NCBI GenBank assembly: GCA_964016885.1
Contig: OZ024756.1
Location: 44,392,001 to 44,456,000 of the forward strand
Source: Eledone cirrhosa
Taxonomy: Eukaryota
Direction of reading: 5' to 3'
Length of the DNA: 64,000 bases
The stretch's first letter is position 1, and every line of letters begins with the position of its first letter. Below are positions 13,536 through 28,383 of this stretch, in pieces. A program made the translations under genes and the position numbers. The notes beneath the pieces are model-generated. The model saw only the letters and a list, made by a program, of their open reading frames with translations. It ran no database searches and was not told the DNA's origin.

Positions 13536-13602
<67 letters not shown>

Positions 13603-13617
13603 CATATATATATATAC

Positions 13618-13653
<36 letters not shown>

Positions 13654-13873
13654 GTCGTTAAAAAACATACCTATTCAGGCAAAAAGGGAATATATTCTAG
13701 GTATGATATGTCAATACCTAATAAATTCCTTTTTTAAAAAAAGCACTTTCATTTTATATTCATCCTTTCTACATTTTCTCCGGAATATAATTTATACTCG
13801 TTGAGCAAACCTGCACGTACGCTGTTCATCTCTAACGTAACGATATATTATCACTACATTATTGATAACCTGA

Positions 13874-13935
<62 letters not shown>

Positions 13936-13936
<1 letters not shown>

Positions 13937-14068
13937 CTTTATTGCTGACAATCGTTTCTTCCAAACTTTCGTTTGGAATCATCGGAGCACTAGCAAATCT
14001 TAGACATATAATTAACCTCCGATGCCACAGAACAATCGTAAAGATACATAGATGTTAGTGTTGTCATT
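13936..14068 (-). mobile_element. diverged second copy of the 11.7 kb hammerhead element
   Basis: Minus strand TGCT-CCGATGA-TTCCAAAC-GAAA-GTTTGGAA-GAAAC-GATT-GTC-AGCA with a perfect 8-bp helix II; abuts (TA)n. Confidence 0.8.
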
Positions 14069-14369
14069 CAAAAAATATATATATATATATAGATAGATAT
14101 ATATATATATACATATGCCTGAGATGACTGCAATTTCTAGCAGATCAAATTAACAAGCGGAGGCCTCCTCATTGGTCTATAGTATTCCTGCAGCATATGT
14201 AAATAGGGAGAAGGATAAGTACACATATATTTAGTGGTGATGTGTATATTGAAAAATCGTTAAGTACTGAGACTGGGGGATGGTTTGGTAGGCTGGTCTG
14301 TATGTCTGCCATTATGTGCGTATGTATGTATTATGTAGGTAGCTAGGTAAGTACTGAGTTAATTCGGTA

Positions 14370-14420
<51 letters not shown>

Positions 14421-14470
14421 TTATACATATGTGTATATGAGCGTGCGTGTATAACTACGCACACGCGCTT

Positions 14471-14510
<40 letters not shown>

Positions 14511-14578
14511 TATATATAAAAAGAGAGAGAGAGTGGGAAGAGGGAGATATTCTATAAGTATATAAGTATATACCTATA

Positions 14579-14662
<84 letters not shown>

Positions 14663-15059
14663 TGTTCGTCTATGTGTTTGCATACATAGAATCGTTGGTG
14701 CTTGTATTTGCCTGTGTTATTCAAATCAGGGCTATAAGAACTTCTATTTTAATTCCTCAACTTGGGCATCTTCCAGTTCACAGATCATATAATTTACTGC
14801 ATTATTAAATGTGTGCAACAGCATTCCAGAATATCTCTATTTAGACAAGCCAATGAGTGAAGCTCTAAGTGGACAATGAGCCATCTAGAAATAGCAGTCA
14901 AATCTCAGACTAGCGTCCTTTATTTTCATTTTAAAAAAATAATAAAAAATCGAGAATTATAATTTAAGCTGGGACACACTATTCCTGAAACATTTTAAAC
15001 CAAACCATGGTCCAGCGTTCAGTTATCAGAAGAAGGGAGGCAAGTATAAAAGCCAAACA

Positions 15060-15290
15060 CGTTACCCCTTACCTATAATTGTAAGTCTTGTGTAGTGAAC
15101 AAAAACATACGATTGCGAATACAAGCGATCGAAATAATGTTCTTCCGATTGGTTGATAGATTACATAGTCTGGATATCAGAGAATCGTTCCAGGAAGAAT
15201 CGATACTTCTCCGAATTGAGAGATCACAACTGCAATACTACGGACATAGAATCTCTCAGGAAAGAATCGTTGTACATATTTTACTCTTGG
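15060..15290 (+). pseudogene. RTE-clade (Rex3/Expander-like) LINE fragment
   Basis: RIQAIEIMFFR...IRESFQEESILLRIERSQLQYYGH; homologous to 33195-33465. Confidence 0.7.
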
Positions 15291-15996
15291 GGAGAGGATG
15301 GGCTCCACCAAGCGATTCTAAGGAAATATACCTTGATGGAAACACAGTGAAACTTCTATAGTGAGACTCCCTCCAAACACCAGCTACACAAGTTACAGAA
15401 AGTTGGTTGCTTAACTGGTTAGTGGTAGATATATTCTGGATGTCATTGGCAAACCAGGTATCCAGTCTGAGAATAACTCCTCCCACCCATCAGACCTCTG
15501 ATGTCATGGGCATCTCTCTTCCTCGTGTTATTTCTGCCTGGTGTGATTAAATTATTAAAATGAATATAAACACTGACAGAGGAGAGAAGAGCTTTTGGCC
15601 GATATGCACATAAGCCGATAATTTCCTTGTAAGGTGTGTGCTATATATTTTTACAAACTAATATAGTCGCATTAGTAGTGTGTATATTAGAATACTTATG
15701 TGAAAAGGTTATGAAGAATCTTTTGAGTTTGTTGGCATTTCAAGAAAATTGAAATGTTCTTTTAAATACCTCTAAAAATATTTTCGAAACATGTTTTTAG
15801 AATACTTTTTCCTGCCTAGCTTAGAGTTGACCTTTTAGATATTGTTGTGATATGGAAGGATTAATGCTTCTTCACATTCTTATCTATAAATAATAAGACT
15901 ATATTTGATCGTCTAGTAAATCTCATATCTATTCGAGAATAAAACCAGGCCTATTCACACCAACTGCTAAGTTTATTCATATATATACACACACAC

Positions 15997-16941
<945 letters not shown>

Positions 16942-17159
16942 TATATATATATATATACACACAATGAATATTTTAAAATTGTATGTATGAATGTATGTGT
17001 ATATATGTATTTAGTTAGTGATGTATATATGTATGTATGTATTTATGTACGTATGTATGATTGTATATACGTATGTATGCATGTCTAAAAATATTGGTTG
17101 CCAGGAGATGAAGGGGGCTCACCTACATATAGAATGCTATCATTTAATTTTTATAATGG

Positions 17160-17291
<132 letters not shown>

Positions 17292-17417
17292 TGTCAGTTA
17301 AAATAATCAAATTAAATTAATCTCAACAGTTAAACACACAGGAATAATAAGGTTGTTACCAAAGAGCCAGAAGATTGACAAGTCGACCCTAAATATGACT
17401 AATAGCTCTTTTTAACT

Positions 17418-17724
17418 TTGATTTTGAAAGTAGGTTTATAATTATCAATTTTCATTGTACTTTCGTAGATGTCTCGGTGGCCTATTTGGAAGAATCGTAA
17501 ACGGTGGTGATCCTAGTCTGAAATTCGATTGTGGCCGGGGTAGTGTTCCCGGTAAACCTTTTCAGTTTTGTTCTATGGGATGTAAAATGAAAACTGAAAA
17601 AGACTACATGGATTGAACCCAAGACCAGGATCTCCACCGTCTCTAGTACCTACCGCTAGTCCACTGAAACAACTTCTAAAATCTTATGCAAATTTATACT
17701 TATAAACCTACTTTCAAAATTAAT
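17418..17724. mobile_element. fold-back/MITE-like element whose arms contain tRNA-like heads
   Basis: Termini ATTTTGAAAGTAGGTTTATAA / TTATAAACCTACTTTCAAAAT; inner ACGGTGGTGATCCTAGTCT / AGACCAGGATCTCCACCGT and TTTTCAGTTTT / AAAACTGAAAA. Confidence 0.65.
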
Positions 17725-18238
17725 TTTGTGTTTCTAAATAAACGAAACCCTTCGAAATATTCTTTTAGTAGTATTTACAACAACTGAAACAATTCGTGTT
17801 TCCAATTACAATGGCGGGTATACTTGACCTTGTCATTCTGAGAATTTTAATGATAAACTCCAAGGAGGCAGAGACTTTTGTTAGATGCTGTAACTTCAGC
17901 AAAGAGTCAAGTACCTTTGTTTAATCAAGCCATACTGTCACAACATTTCTACGGTCTTCTGTTACCTCAAACACCTCACTTTTATTAATTAGATGTTCTT
18001 CGGAACATCCCCACACTTTCTTTTTCCATTTGTTTGCTCATCTGTCACTAACTTATTGAATTTGCAATGGTCTTTGATTAATTAGTTGAGACAGGTTCTC
18101 TGAAGTTTATTCAAAATGTTAAAACAATCAGTTGGGAAGAATGTTCACATGCTCGGCTACTAAACATTTATCCATTCTAATTTGAGTCAATTGTGTATGT
18201 CAATTTGACCTTCTACAGAACGCCACATGTATTCAACA

Positions 18239-18512
18239 ATAAAGTATCTCCCTATATATATAGATACACATACATACATACATGTGTGTGTGTATATATA
18301 TATAGGGAGATACTTTATAGCTCTAGCATCACTCTTTCATAGACTTACTATGAAAGAGTGATGCTAGAGCTGTGAAATCTTGCCTGCATTAATTTCAACT
18401 TTTCTATTATTAATAACTGCATTGTTTTGTTCCAGGGACTACGTTGAAAAATGAACATCATTTGGACATTCCATGAGAGTATCTTGGTCAGCCTATGAAC
18501 TTTTCATCCGAC
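18239..18512 (+). repeat. family X copy preceded by two consecutive hairpins
   Basis: ATAAAGTATCTCCCTATA..TATAGGGAGATACTTTAT (18239-18318), then AGCTCTAGCATCACTCTTTCATAG-ACTTA-CTATGAAAGAGTGATGCTAGAGCT (18319-18371). Confidence 0.8.
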
Positions 18513-20922
18513 TTTCGTAGCTATGCAATTGATATATTAAACAGATGCATGCTGCTTGTGTGTTTGCACGTGATTGGATGTATATTAATCTAGCTATTAA
18601 TTCCAGATGTAGTTCGACCTGTTAGTCTATAGAATCGCATGTGTACAGAACAATGTTTGGATAAACTCTGACATGACCTGACAATAACTGGCTGTTAAGT
18701 TGACTTTTTTTCTCACTTCTATATTGTTACGTATTTGTATATTACATAACTGCTCTTTGTTGTGATATCTATTGTTGTAGCCTTTCAATTATTCACACCC
18801 TAACATGGCGATTATTGATCAAAATGTTATATAATCTGATATTTACATAATAGGCTGGGAAGCTTGAAAGCTTTCAATTATGAATAATATTTAAAAGTCA
18901 CTAGTGTGAAGACAACAATATTGAATGATTCATAAAAGGATAGTGTGACATGCTAAACTTTTACTGATTCTGAATAATAAACGAAAAGAGCTATTATATA
19001 ATTAATGGTATTAACATCCGGGTGTTAGGTTAAAACCGGTGAAGAAGGTTTCATAGATTTTTGTGAGAAAGAAAAACTCATTAAAATCACGATATAAAAA
19101 AAGATATAAAATATGCATTCTTTATTATATTAGCTTTCTGTTTCTTAGACTTGTGAAAATAAAAAGAAACTGTAAATATATTGCATCTTGTCTGAATATC
19201 TTAATTTCTTTTAAACGAGCTGAAATATAACATCATGTACCACTTGAAACTACATTAGGAAGACATTATTCAAAAAACACAAAACAGTATCATGACTGCA
19301 TCACATCAGTGAATAAACCCCCCCCCAAAACAGGATTATATCTACATCAATTTTCTGAATAAAACAAAACAAAATTATGACTACCTCATATTAAAAATTA
19401 AAGTCTTTAGTTTACTGCACATTTTCACAAAAATCTGTCAAGTAGCATTCAAATTAAAAAAAAAAGTTTTTAGATAATTTCTGCTAAATCATTACAGGAT
19501 GTTAAGTGTTAATATTCGTTCTTAAAAACCATTGCTTTATGAACACTCATCCCTCACAGTTCATAGCAATGTTTATCTACCATTGTTGACCGAAATCAAG
19601 TTTCTACTCATCTCATAAAGCCGAAGAACTTCTCCACAACGAAGTTTATTACCAGCAATATTAGATCAATAAGAATGGCCAACAGGAATAGACAAATGTG
19701 TTTGAGCAGGCCCTGAATTCCGTCTTCTCATCTCTCATTTTGTTTCTGACTAACACCCGTCCTCTTGTCAACTTATCCTAGATATAGGACCAACGAAACT
19801 ATATTTTCGTTTGTATTTCCATTGCTGATATTACGTGTTTGTCGCAGTTCCTAGAAAAGCTGTCATCGCTTTCTCGATGATAGAAAGCGTGATGTGGTCT
19901 CAGAAAGTACAAAACCTTAACAGACACCGCTTTAATATATCTGCCAAATCACCGCCTCTGAGGTTGTAACTTATTAATTGACTCCGAAAAGATGAAAGGC
20001 AATCAGAGAACAGAGTCGGAATAAATACCCCATAACTATCGAAGTTCTATCAACTCCGGCAATTCATCAACCTAAAGATTTAAAACCAACGCACAAGTTA
20101 CGATTCATTATATCTAATCAGCGCCATTGTCATTTTAAATTATCAGAACCTCTTTGTCAGTTTTAAGAACCTAAACTGAAACCGATTATTTCATATCAAA
20201 GGATATCATTTTCTTGTTAGAGAATGGCAGCTCCACAAATATGTGATTGATTCAACTAACATTCAGTAGAAATAGAGACCATGAATGAACACTCTAGAGT
20301 GTTAGCAATAATATAGTGAAGAATTAAGAAAGATAATACAGAAATAAACAACTCTCATCTAAAGTGTCCTAAACATTGGAACAGAAGTAACCATCGTATA
20401 ATTTCTAATATTGGACAAAGAAGATCCAGAGGTGTATTCTCCTTTAGCGAACTATGTTTCTATCTGCATATTTACTCAGTTGTGTGTATACACCAGCACA
20501 CACATATATATATATATTATATGAATATATGAATATATGAATATATGAATATATATATATATGCACACGTTAATGGAAGGCAGGCATATTTAAAGACTTG
20601 ATAACTCAAAATATATATTTTCGGTTATTCACTATATTAATACTTTTAATACTGATAGCTGATTGGTTAGTTGTCTAATACTTTTTGTTAATAACATACT
20701 GAAATAATAGCGTATCGATTAAATAAAACATTATATGAATATAATCCTTAGCAAATAGCACATATTTGCATTACATATACACTGACACATACATGTATAT
20801 ATATATATATTCAAACATACATGCGTACGTGCGTATGTATATTTAATATCGACAACAAATTTATAGCTGTAAACCCACCAACGTACATCTACAAATACAC
20901 ATACATACATACATACATACAT

Positions 20923-21550
20923 ATATAATTAACAACAAAGAACGCTTAGAACATAGGTATATCTTTAATTGCTAACAGTGTTTCGTCCACACTATAAGTG
21001 GGACTCATCAGAGCATAAAGAGTGAGTACATATTACACAAGCATTAACAAAGCCAAGACAGAAGAATATATATGGGGATGCCATAAGTTGGGGGGGAGTT
21101 TAAAGAGTAGAGTGAATAGAGTGAGATAGTGTAGAAAATAAAATTGTAGGATAAAGAATAGTAAAAAGTAAAAAATAAACATTGAAGAAATATTTATTTT
21201 ATTTCTTCAATGTTTATTTTTTACTTTTTACTATTCTTTATCCTACAATTTTATTTTCTACACTATCTCACTCTATTCACTCTACTCTTTAAACTCCCCC
21301 CAACTTATGGCATCCCCATATATATTCTTCTGTCTTGGCTTTGTTAATGCTTGTGTAATATGTACTCACTCTTTATGCTCTGATGAGTCCCACTTATAGT
21401 GTGGACGAAACACTGTTAGCAATTAAAGATATACCTATGTTCTAAGCGTTCTTTGTTGTTAATTATATTACGGCTCTGTCCTCAGACATCGAGCTAACCT
21501 TATACTGCCTATTGGATAAGTGGAGTGTTACACACTCCTAATCCTCTCCC

Positions 21551-21552
<2 letters not shown>
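20923..21552. mobile_element. large head-to-head palindrome (arms of about 270 bp) of a hammerhead element inserted in (TACA)n
   Basis: 20923-21192 is the reverse complement of 21200-21468 with a loop of about 7 nt; the right arm continues to (TACA)n at 21552. Confidence 0.92.
21370..21429 (+). ncRNA. type-I hammerhead ribozyme (mirror copy on the minus strand at about 20963-21022)
   Basis: TCTTTA-TGCT-CTGATGA-GTCC-CAC-TTATA-GTG-T-GGAC-GAAAC-ACT-GTT-AGCA-AT-TAAAGA; predicted cleavage after 21417. Confidence 0.9.
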
Positions 21553-21581
<29 letters not shown>

Positions 21582-21603
21582 CATACATACATACATACAT
21601 ACA

Positions 21604-21635
<32 letters not shown>

Positions 21636-22258
21636 CACACACACATATGTGCGTATGTTTTGTACTTTGTTTAGTTATACTTTTGTTGTGGTTACTTATT
21701 CAAATCATAGCGAAAGAAAAACTAATTTAGGATTTCACATTTTTAGTAAATTCTAACCATTAGTACTTGGAGCTCATTGATGCGTTGCTTGGTGGAGTCG
21801 TTGCACATATTATTATTGTTATTATCATCAATATTATTATTACACAAACTTAGTATTGAAGAATATGCAAATCAATCAAACTTGGGAGGAAAAGTAAACC
21901 CAAGCTATATATGTAAACATGAGAAATACATTTCAACACACACACACTCATATGCATCCATACATACATTGATACATAAGGATATACACAGTTACACACT
22001 GAATACAAATAAACACACACTCCCACAAATGTATATATATATATATATATAAAGAGAGAGAGAGACTCATACTGTGAAATTGCAATGATAATTTTAGATA
22101 ATATTTTTATTAATTCTAGATATTAGTTCTGTAAAGTTTGTTCATGCGTTGGGTTGTTAGTTGTTTGAATTATTTCACTGTCTTCCTCTTCATGATATTA
22201 TTGTTATTATTATTTTTATTTTTATCACCCCCATCATAATCATCATCATCACTTGATA

Positions 22259-22321
<63 letters not shown>

Positions 22322-22539
22322 CAAAATATGTTTTCCAAAAGTGCTCACTCTCTTTTCTGAAAACAATTTCGCAAAGAAAAATCTGAAATAATAAAGTTAG
22401 TTATCTATCATGATTTGTAAAATTGGTCTGATGCTATTGTTAGTTACTTCGTTGGTTGCCTGGTTAGTCTTTCTTTACAAACTATTTTCGGTTTTGCTCT
22501 TCTGCTATTCATATATACATTTTTTAAAGAGAATAACCA

Positions 22540-22685
22540 ACATTTCATTCTGCAGCCACATGCTTTCTAATTCGATACCATTGTGTGGTACCTTCGTCTA
22601 GTGTCTTATATTTTGTCCTCAAAGTGACTAATGCCTGGTCAGTGAAATTTGGTAGACTGAAATTGTGTGAAAGCCCATTGTATAT
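22540..22685 (+). mobile_element. degenerate SINE family C
   Basis: CCATTGTGTGGTACCTT..AGTGTCTT..GCCTGGTCAGTGAAATTTGGTAGACTGAAATTGTGTGAAAGCCCATTGTATAT resembles a cephalopod SINE body and tail as I recall it. Confidence 0.5.
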
Positions 22686-22714
22686 ATACATAACAGAAAA
22701 CAAGGGCTTTGGCA

Positions 22715-22743
22715 TGGCTGCCAAATATTTTCATATGGCTATT

Positions 22744-22787
<44 letters not shown>

Positions 22788-22816
22788 AATGGCCATATGA
22801 AAATATTTGGCAGCCA
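22715..22816. repeat. (TA)n-centred palindrome
   Basis: TGGCTGCCAAATATTTTCATATGGC.ATTATACA-(TA)n-TGTATAATGGCCATATGAAAATATTTGGCAGCCA. Confidence 0.9.
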
Positions 22817-22819
22817 AAT

Positions 22820-23043
22820 GGAACGAGTAGGACCCCGACGGCTGAGCTCAAGCCGTTTCGACGGCTAATTCTGGACTAAAGAAAAAAAATAAAATTTATT
22901 TTATTTTAGTCCAGAATTAGCCGTCGAAACGGCTTGAGCTCAGCCGTCGGGGTCCTACTCGTTCCTATTACCCACTCTACTACCCTAAGTATTCAGTACT
23001 TTGGTGCGTCATGGTCCATCTGGTTCCTTACCACATTTCCTTC

Positions 23044-23048
<5 letters not shown>
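22820..23048. mobile_element. fold-back element containing the 3' half of a hammerhead
   Basis: Arms 22820-22880 / 22905-22965; C-GAAAC-GGCT-TGAGCTC-AGCC-GTC-GGGG forms helix III plus GUC, CUGANGA half missing; runs to (TA)n. Confidence 0.75.
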
Positions 23049-23115
<67 letters not shown>

Positions 23116-23717
23116 TAGTGAGAGAGAGTGAGAGAGAGAGTGAGAGATAGAGAGTGAGAGAGTGAGAGAGAGACAGAGAGAGAGACAGAGAAAGAGAAAG
23201 AGAGAGTTTTGTGTGTGTATATAAAAAACATTAATATTGCTGACAATGTTACTATACCTCCTCCCATCCCTCCTGATGCTACTCCTTCATTCATCTCCCA
23301 CAATATCCAACATTTCTCAAGTTACATAATTTATGTCATATTTCTGTTTGCCTTATCTTTTCTTCTCTCACTCTCCTTCTCTTTCTTTCCAACTTTTGCT
23401 CACTTTCATTCATTCATTCATTCATTTTCCTATATTTCTTTTCTTTATGTATCTATTTATTTATTCATTACATTTCACAACTTTGTGTTGTAATTTCAGA
23501 TGTCACGTGCTCTTTCATGTATTAATTTATCTTCAGTAATTTTCTTGCAGTATTTTGTTGTTTAGCAATTCTGTCCATCCGTACTAGGTCGCCTTTCGTG
23601 AGTTAACTCATTGATTGATAACTGTACGTTCTTCCCCTTTAGACTGCCATGACATCTCATATTCTGCATTCTGGCACTTCACAGCAATTGTTATTGTTGT
23701 TCTTATTGTGGTTTCTC

Positions 23718-23751
<34 letters not shown>

Positions 23752-23841
23752 AAGAAGGTGAAGGAGAAGTGTATGATGATGAAGCAGTAGAAGATGATAT
23801 ACAATATAACACACCATATAAAAAGGAGTTAAAAGACGACT

Positions 23842-23843
<2 letters not shown>

Positions 23844-23920
<77 letters not shown>

Positions 23921-23927
23921 TGTGTGT

Positions 23928-24025
<98 letters not shown>
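23844..24025. repeat. (GT)n microsatellite
   Basis: Read directly. Confidence 0.95.
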
Positions 24026-24026
<1 letters not shown>

Positions 24027-24905
24027 AAATATACATATATATTCAAATATATATGTGTGTGTGTGTATGTGAGGAATGTGTATGCCTGTATATCGATATA
24101 TGTATTTGTGTGTGTTTATATGCAACAGAAATCAATATATGAAGACTAATGTGAGAAAATGTATATTTTCTTTTACACTGTCAGTAACGACAGTACTAGG
24201 TCTGTTATATATGTATGCACTTAGTGGAAAGTTTGATGTGAACGTTCAACCATAATTCCTTTAGCTCATATATATATATTAACAGACCTATGTTCTATAT
24301 TTAACCCAGCACAAACGTTCCTGTTGATGGCAATGTATATTTTTCAACCAATAACACCATATCGCATAGGTCGATATTACCTTGATGTTTAAATTTAAAC
24401 ATTTTTAGATGTTTCATGGAACTACAAATAAACAAATAAATATAAAAAGATTAAAAACAGCATTAGAACCTAACGACTTCCTAGATTCTCTGTACAATGT
24501 TTGATTTGTGTTCCGTTGTGAGTTTGCTTAATGCGACTTAAATCACAAGCGATCAGCTGTAGATCAATTGTGACATATTCTATAGAAATATGACATAATC
24601 GATCTATTCGGTTCCATTTTCGGACTGAAAAGGGTCTCACCGTTTCTAATGCTCTTGGATTGTAAATAACGCCTTTCAAATGTAATGTGATGTGATATAT
24701 CGTTTACAAATCCAAGAGGGATTACACTTCACTTCAATTTTAGTATCATCGTCAAGTTTAAAGAAAATCTATTTATGCATACCCGTTTTCTGGGGTTAGG
24801 TAGCACAGAGTATTTCTCTTCCAGTATTCTTTTCTTGTAGCACGCCTCTCTAGTAATTCTAGGTTTATATATATATATTAAGCCTCCAATTATATATATA
24901 TATTT

Positions 24906-25137
24906 CGTTTCTGAATTTGTTTAGCAAGATTCTTTATCTGAAAACGTGTGTTGAAACCGATATTGTTATACTTTGGGAGGGTCATGTTGCCAATAAGAAA
25001 CACACCTACCAGTTGCTTTCACTTCAATTTATTATAATAAATTTATAAATTTAGGAATTTATAAATTTCCGGTTGGTTGGTTGGTTCCACAACCAGATGG
25101 TTGTTTATATATTGTCAAAGTTCTTTCGTCACACATT
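24906..25137 (-). mobile_element. solo truncated PLE pseudo-LTR
   Basis: Near-identical to 5646-5879, abuts (TA)n, ends in hammerhead helix II. Confidence 0.9.
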
Positions 25138-25232
25138 TTTCTTTATAATCGTTTGAAACATCGGAGGCAGTGTATATTATTAGAAATATGTTAACGAAAG
25201 AGCTTATTGATAATATATCCACGTACATGCAG

Positions 25233-25317
<85 letters not shown>

Positions 25318-25888
25318 GTATATATTCTCCTGAAGCGTGTTTCTATCATCTAGCATGCTGCATACCGACCACACGGAAAACAAATTAGTCAACAAACCAA
25401 CAAATCAGCCAACCAGCTACCCAACTAGTCAAACGACCAACTAAATAAATGGTTTCCCATCCGTACCTTAACGTGAAAGTCAACCTTAAACGTAACCTCT
25501 GCCTTCTTCTGGCTCCATACGTAATATGATAAAACCTGAAATGAGAATATTCATTGCGTAAATATTCTGTATTATGAAAACTCATATACAAAGAACATTC
25601 GAAGCTTTAGAACACAAGAGAAAGGTCATCACCCTCCCACCACATACGCCTCTATCTTTATTTTATCGTTTCCTTCCTTCTTCCTTTCTTTCTATTTCAT
25701 TTTATTTTTACGTTTCTTCTTTTTGTTTATTTATTCATATCTCTATTTTTGCTTTCCTTTTGAACTTTAAAAAGTTCAGCAAATGAGCAGAATTTTATCT
25801 TTATTCGTGGAGTTTTTTTTTTCCATTCTACAAAGTTTTACTCGTGTACTTTTATATTTTCAAAAACTATATCTCTCCCTCATCAGCC

Positions 25889-25973
<85 letters not shown>

Positions 25974-26279
25974 ATGTATACACATATATGCATATGTTAG
26001 TGTATATATACATATATATTTATTCTCTCTTTATTTCTAATCACCATAGGTATTCATTACTTTTTTTGATCTCTCAATCTCTATTTCTTCCGAAACCACT
26101 CTCTCTATATTTCTTTCGCACCTTGTAAATCTATTTTTGTCTCTATATATTCCCTATTTCTATATCTCTATCTATCTCTCTATCTATCTCACTACTAATA
26201 TATTTCGATTCGGTTTTCATTCTCACTCAGTTTTTCCAATAATTTTCCATACCTCATTATTCTCTTACTATCAACCTCC

Positions 26280-26408
<129 letters not shown>

Positions 26409-28220
26409 TATTTTTGCCTCTCAATCATTAAATCTCACCCTCTCTCTCACTCACAATTAGTCATTAACCCTCTTTCTATCCCACTCCCTCTCTCCCTCAG
26501 GCTCTTCTCTCTCCTCTTTCTTCTCCAGACGACACGCCAGAAGCATGATATCACTATCATTTCAGCGAAACTAATATCTCTATAAATCAATGTAATCTAT
26601 ACAGACATACTCATCACAGAAACACCATTAAACATAAACACACACACTTACATGCAGATACACACACATTACGTCACACATCTGTCATACATCACGTAGA
26701 CATAATCACACGCACACATACATCATCTACATATACACAATACAAGCATCATACACAGTATTCATATCTGACATAAATCACTCAAACATAATTACTCACA
26801 CATCACGCATATATACATCAAATATATTATACATTAGACATACATACACACAGCACAGTATACACAACACAAATGATAGTTACACATACATCACATCTAG
26901 TTTTCACACGTTGCCTCATCGAACAAACCAAAACACCAACAAACACACACACACACACATATATATCCACATTCACAATACACACATTACAACCGCTAAT
27001 ATACTATTACACGCAATCATTAAACACATATTACAGATACATACCACACACACACTACACATATGCACACATGTCTTAAACATCAGATGACCAGCCATCA
27101 ATAGCGCCTGCATGTGGTCTATGTGATCGCTCGTCCTACACGAAATAGCAACCACATTTTTAAAGAATCAAAAACAACGAACACACACTCCATAACACCA
27201 AGGGACATGGAACGCGTATTCAGAATTTGCAGAGAAGCATATTTATGTTAATTTATGTTAATAACATACCTTAGCTCTCAAGCAATCGAAACAATCTATC
27301 GCTTAGGAAGATATATTAAGATACAATGCTGTAGGTGTTCATCTAGGAGAGAAGCTTGTTCCTCTAAACATCGATAGACCATTATATTTCTTGTAACATT
27401 ATATATTAATTATATTTCACTATAATATCCATATAGACTATATTTATATTTTATAGCGAGCAGATTGTCATATAATCTGCGAGTAACATATCCAAATATC
27501 AAACGGTCACAGCCAACTCTCTTTAAAAGGGAAGGTCTACTGAATAATGATAACCTATATTCTAACAAAAATAAATAATTGAAGTTGGAACAGCCACGAT
27601 TATAGATCTTGGCTATTAGGGTTGACCTGGGGATGAACAATGGCATCAAGAGGAGTATATCTATTTATGTGGTAGAAAAGGTGATTATAACAGAGGGGAG
27701 ACCATATTGTCATAGGTTACGAACTCAAATTAGATCTGCTTTATTGATATTATTGAGGAAAGGAATATGGGTTTATCGCCTTAACAATACTCCTTTGTGA
27801 GACGTATAACTCAGATAATCTGGAGAAAGTAAATACAAAATAGATTAAATTCCTGTCAAGATAAATGCATGTCTCTTATGTACTTTTATTCTTTTATATT
27901 TTTATTCACCAATTGCTTAAATCAGAGTTAAAGCTTTCTTTGTGAAAGCATTTGAGTTAACAGTTCCTGCTATTTCAGTTCTGAGAGTATCACACGTGAT
28001 AAGGCGAAGTTGTATTAGCCTTTATTTTGCTAGCAAAGCACCGGTGCCATCCTGATTTACATGCATGAGCAACTGTTAGTTTTCGCTTTAAAATTTAGTT
28101 AGCCCTCTACTTCACAGAGATTATATTTACCTATACATAACAAACATTATCATGGGGACAGAAAGAAAGAGAGAAAAAGACAGAAGATTAAAACAAAAGA
28201 AGGAATGAGGAAAACATCTA

Positions 28221-28383
28221 CATCCCCGAGGACAAGATGGGGAAACGGTTGCCACGGAGAACAGCCAGTGAACCCCTCATCCTTGAGGACAAGATGGAGA
28301 AAGGGTTGCCACAGAGAACAGCCAGTGAACCCCTCATCCTCGAGGACAAGATGGAGAAAGGGTTGCCACAGAGAAAAGCCAGC
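28221..28383. repeat. 57-bp minisatellite, about 2.8 copies
   Basis: GAGGACAAGATGG starts at 28228, 28285 and 28342. Confidence 0.9.
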
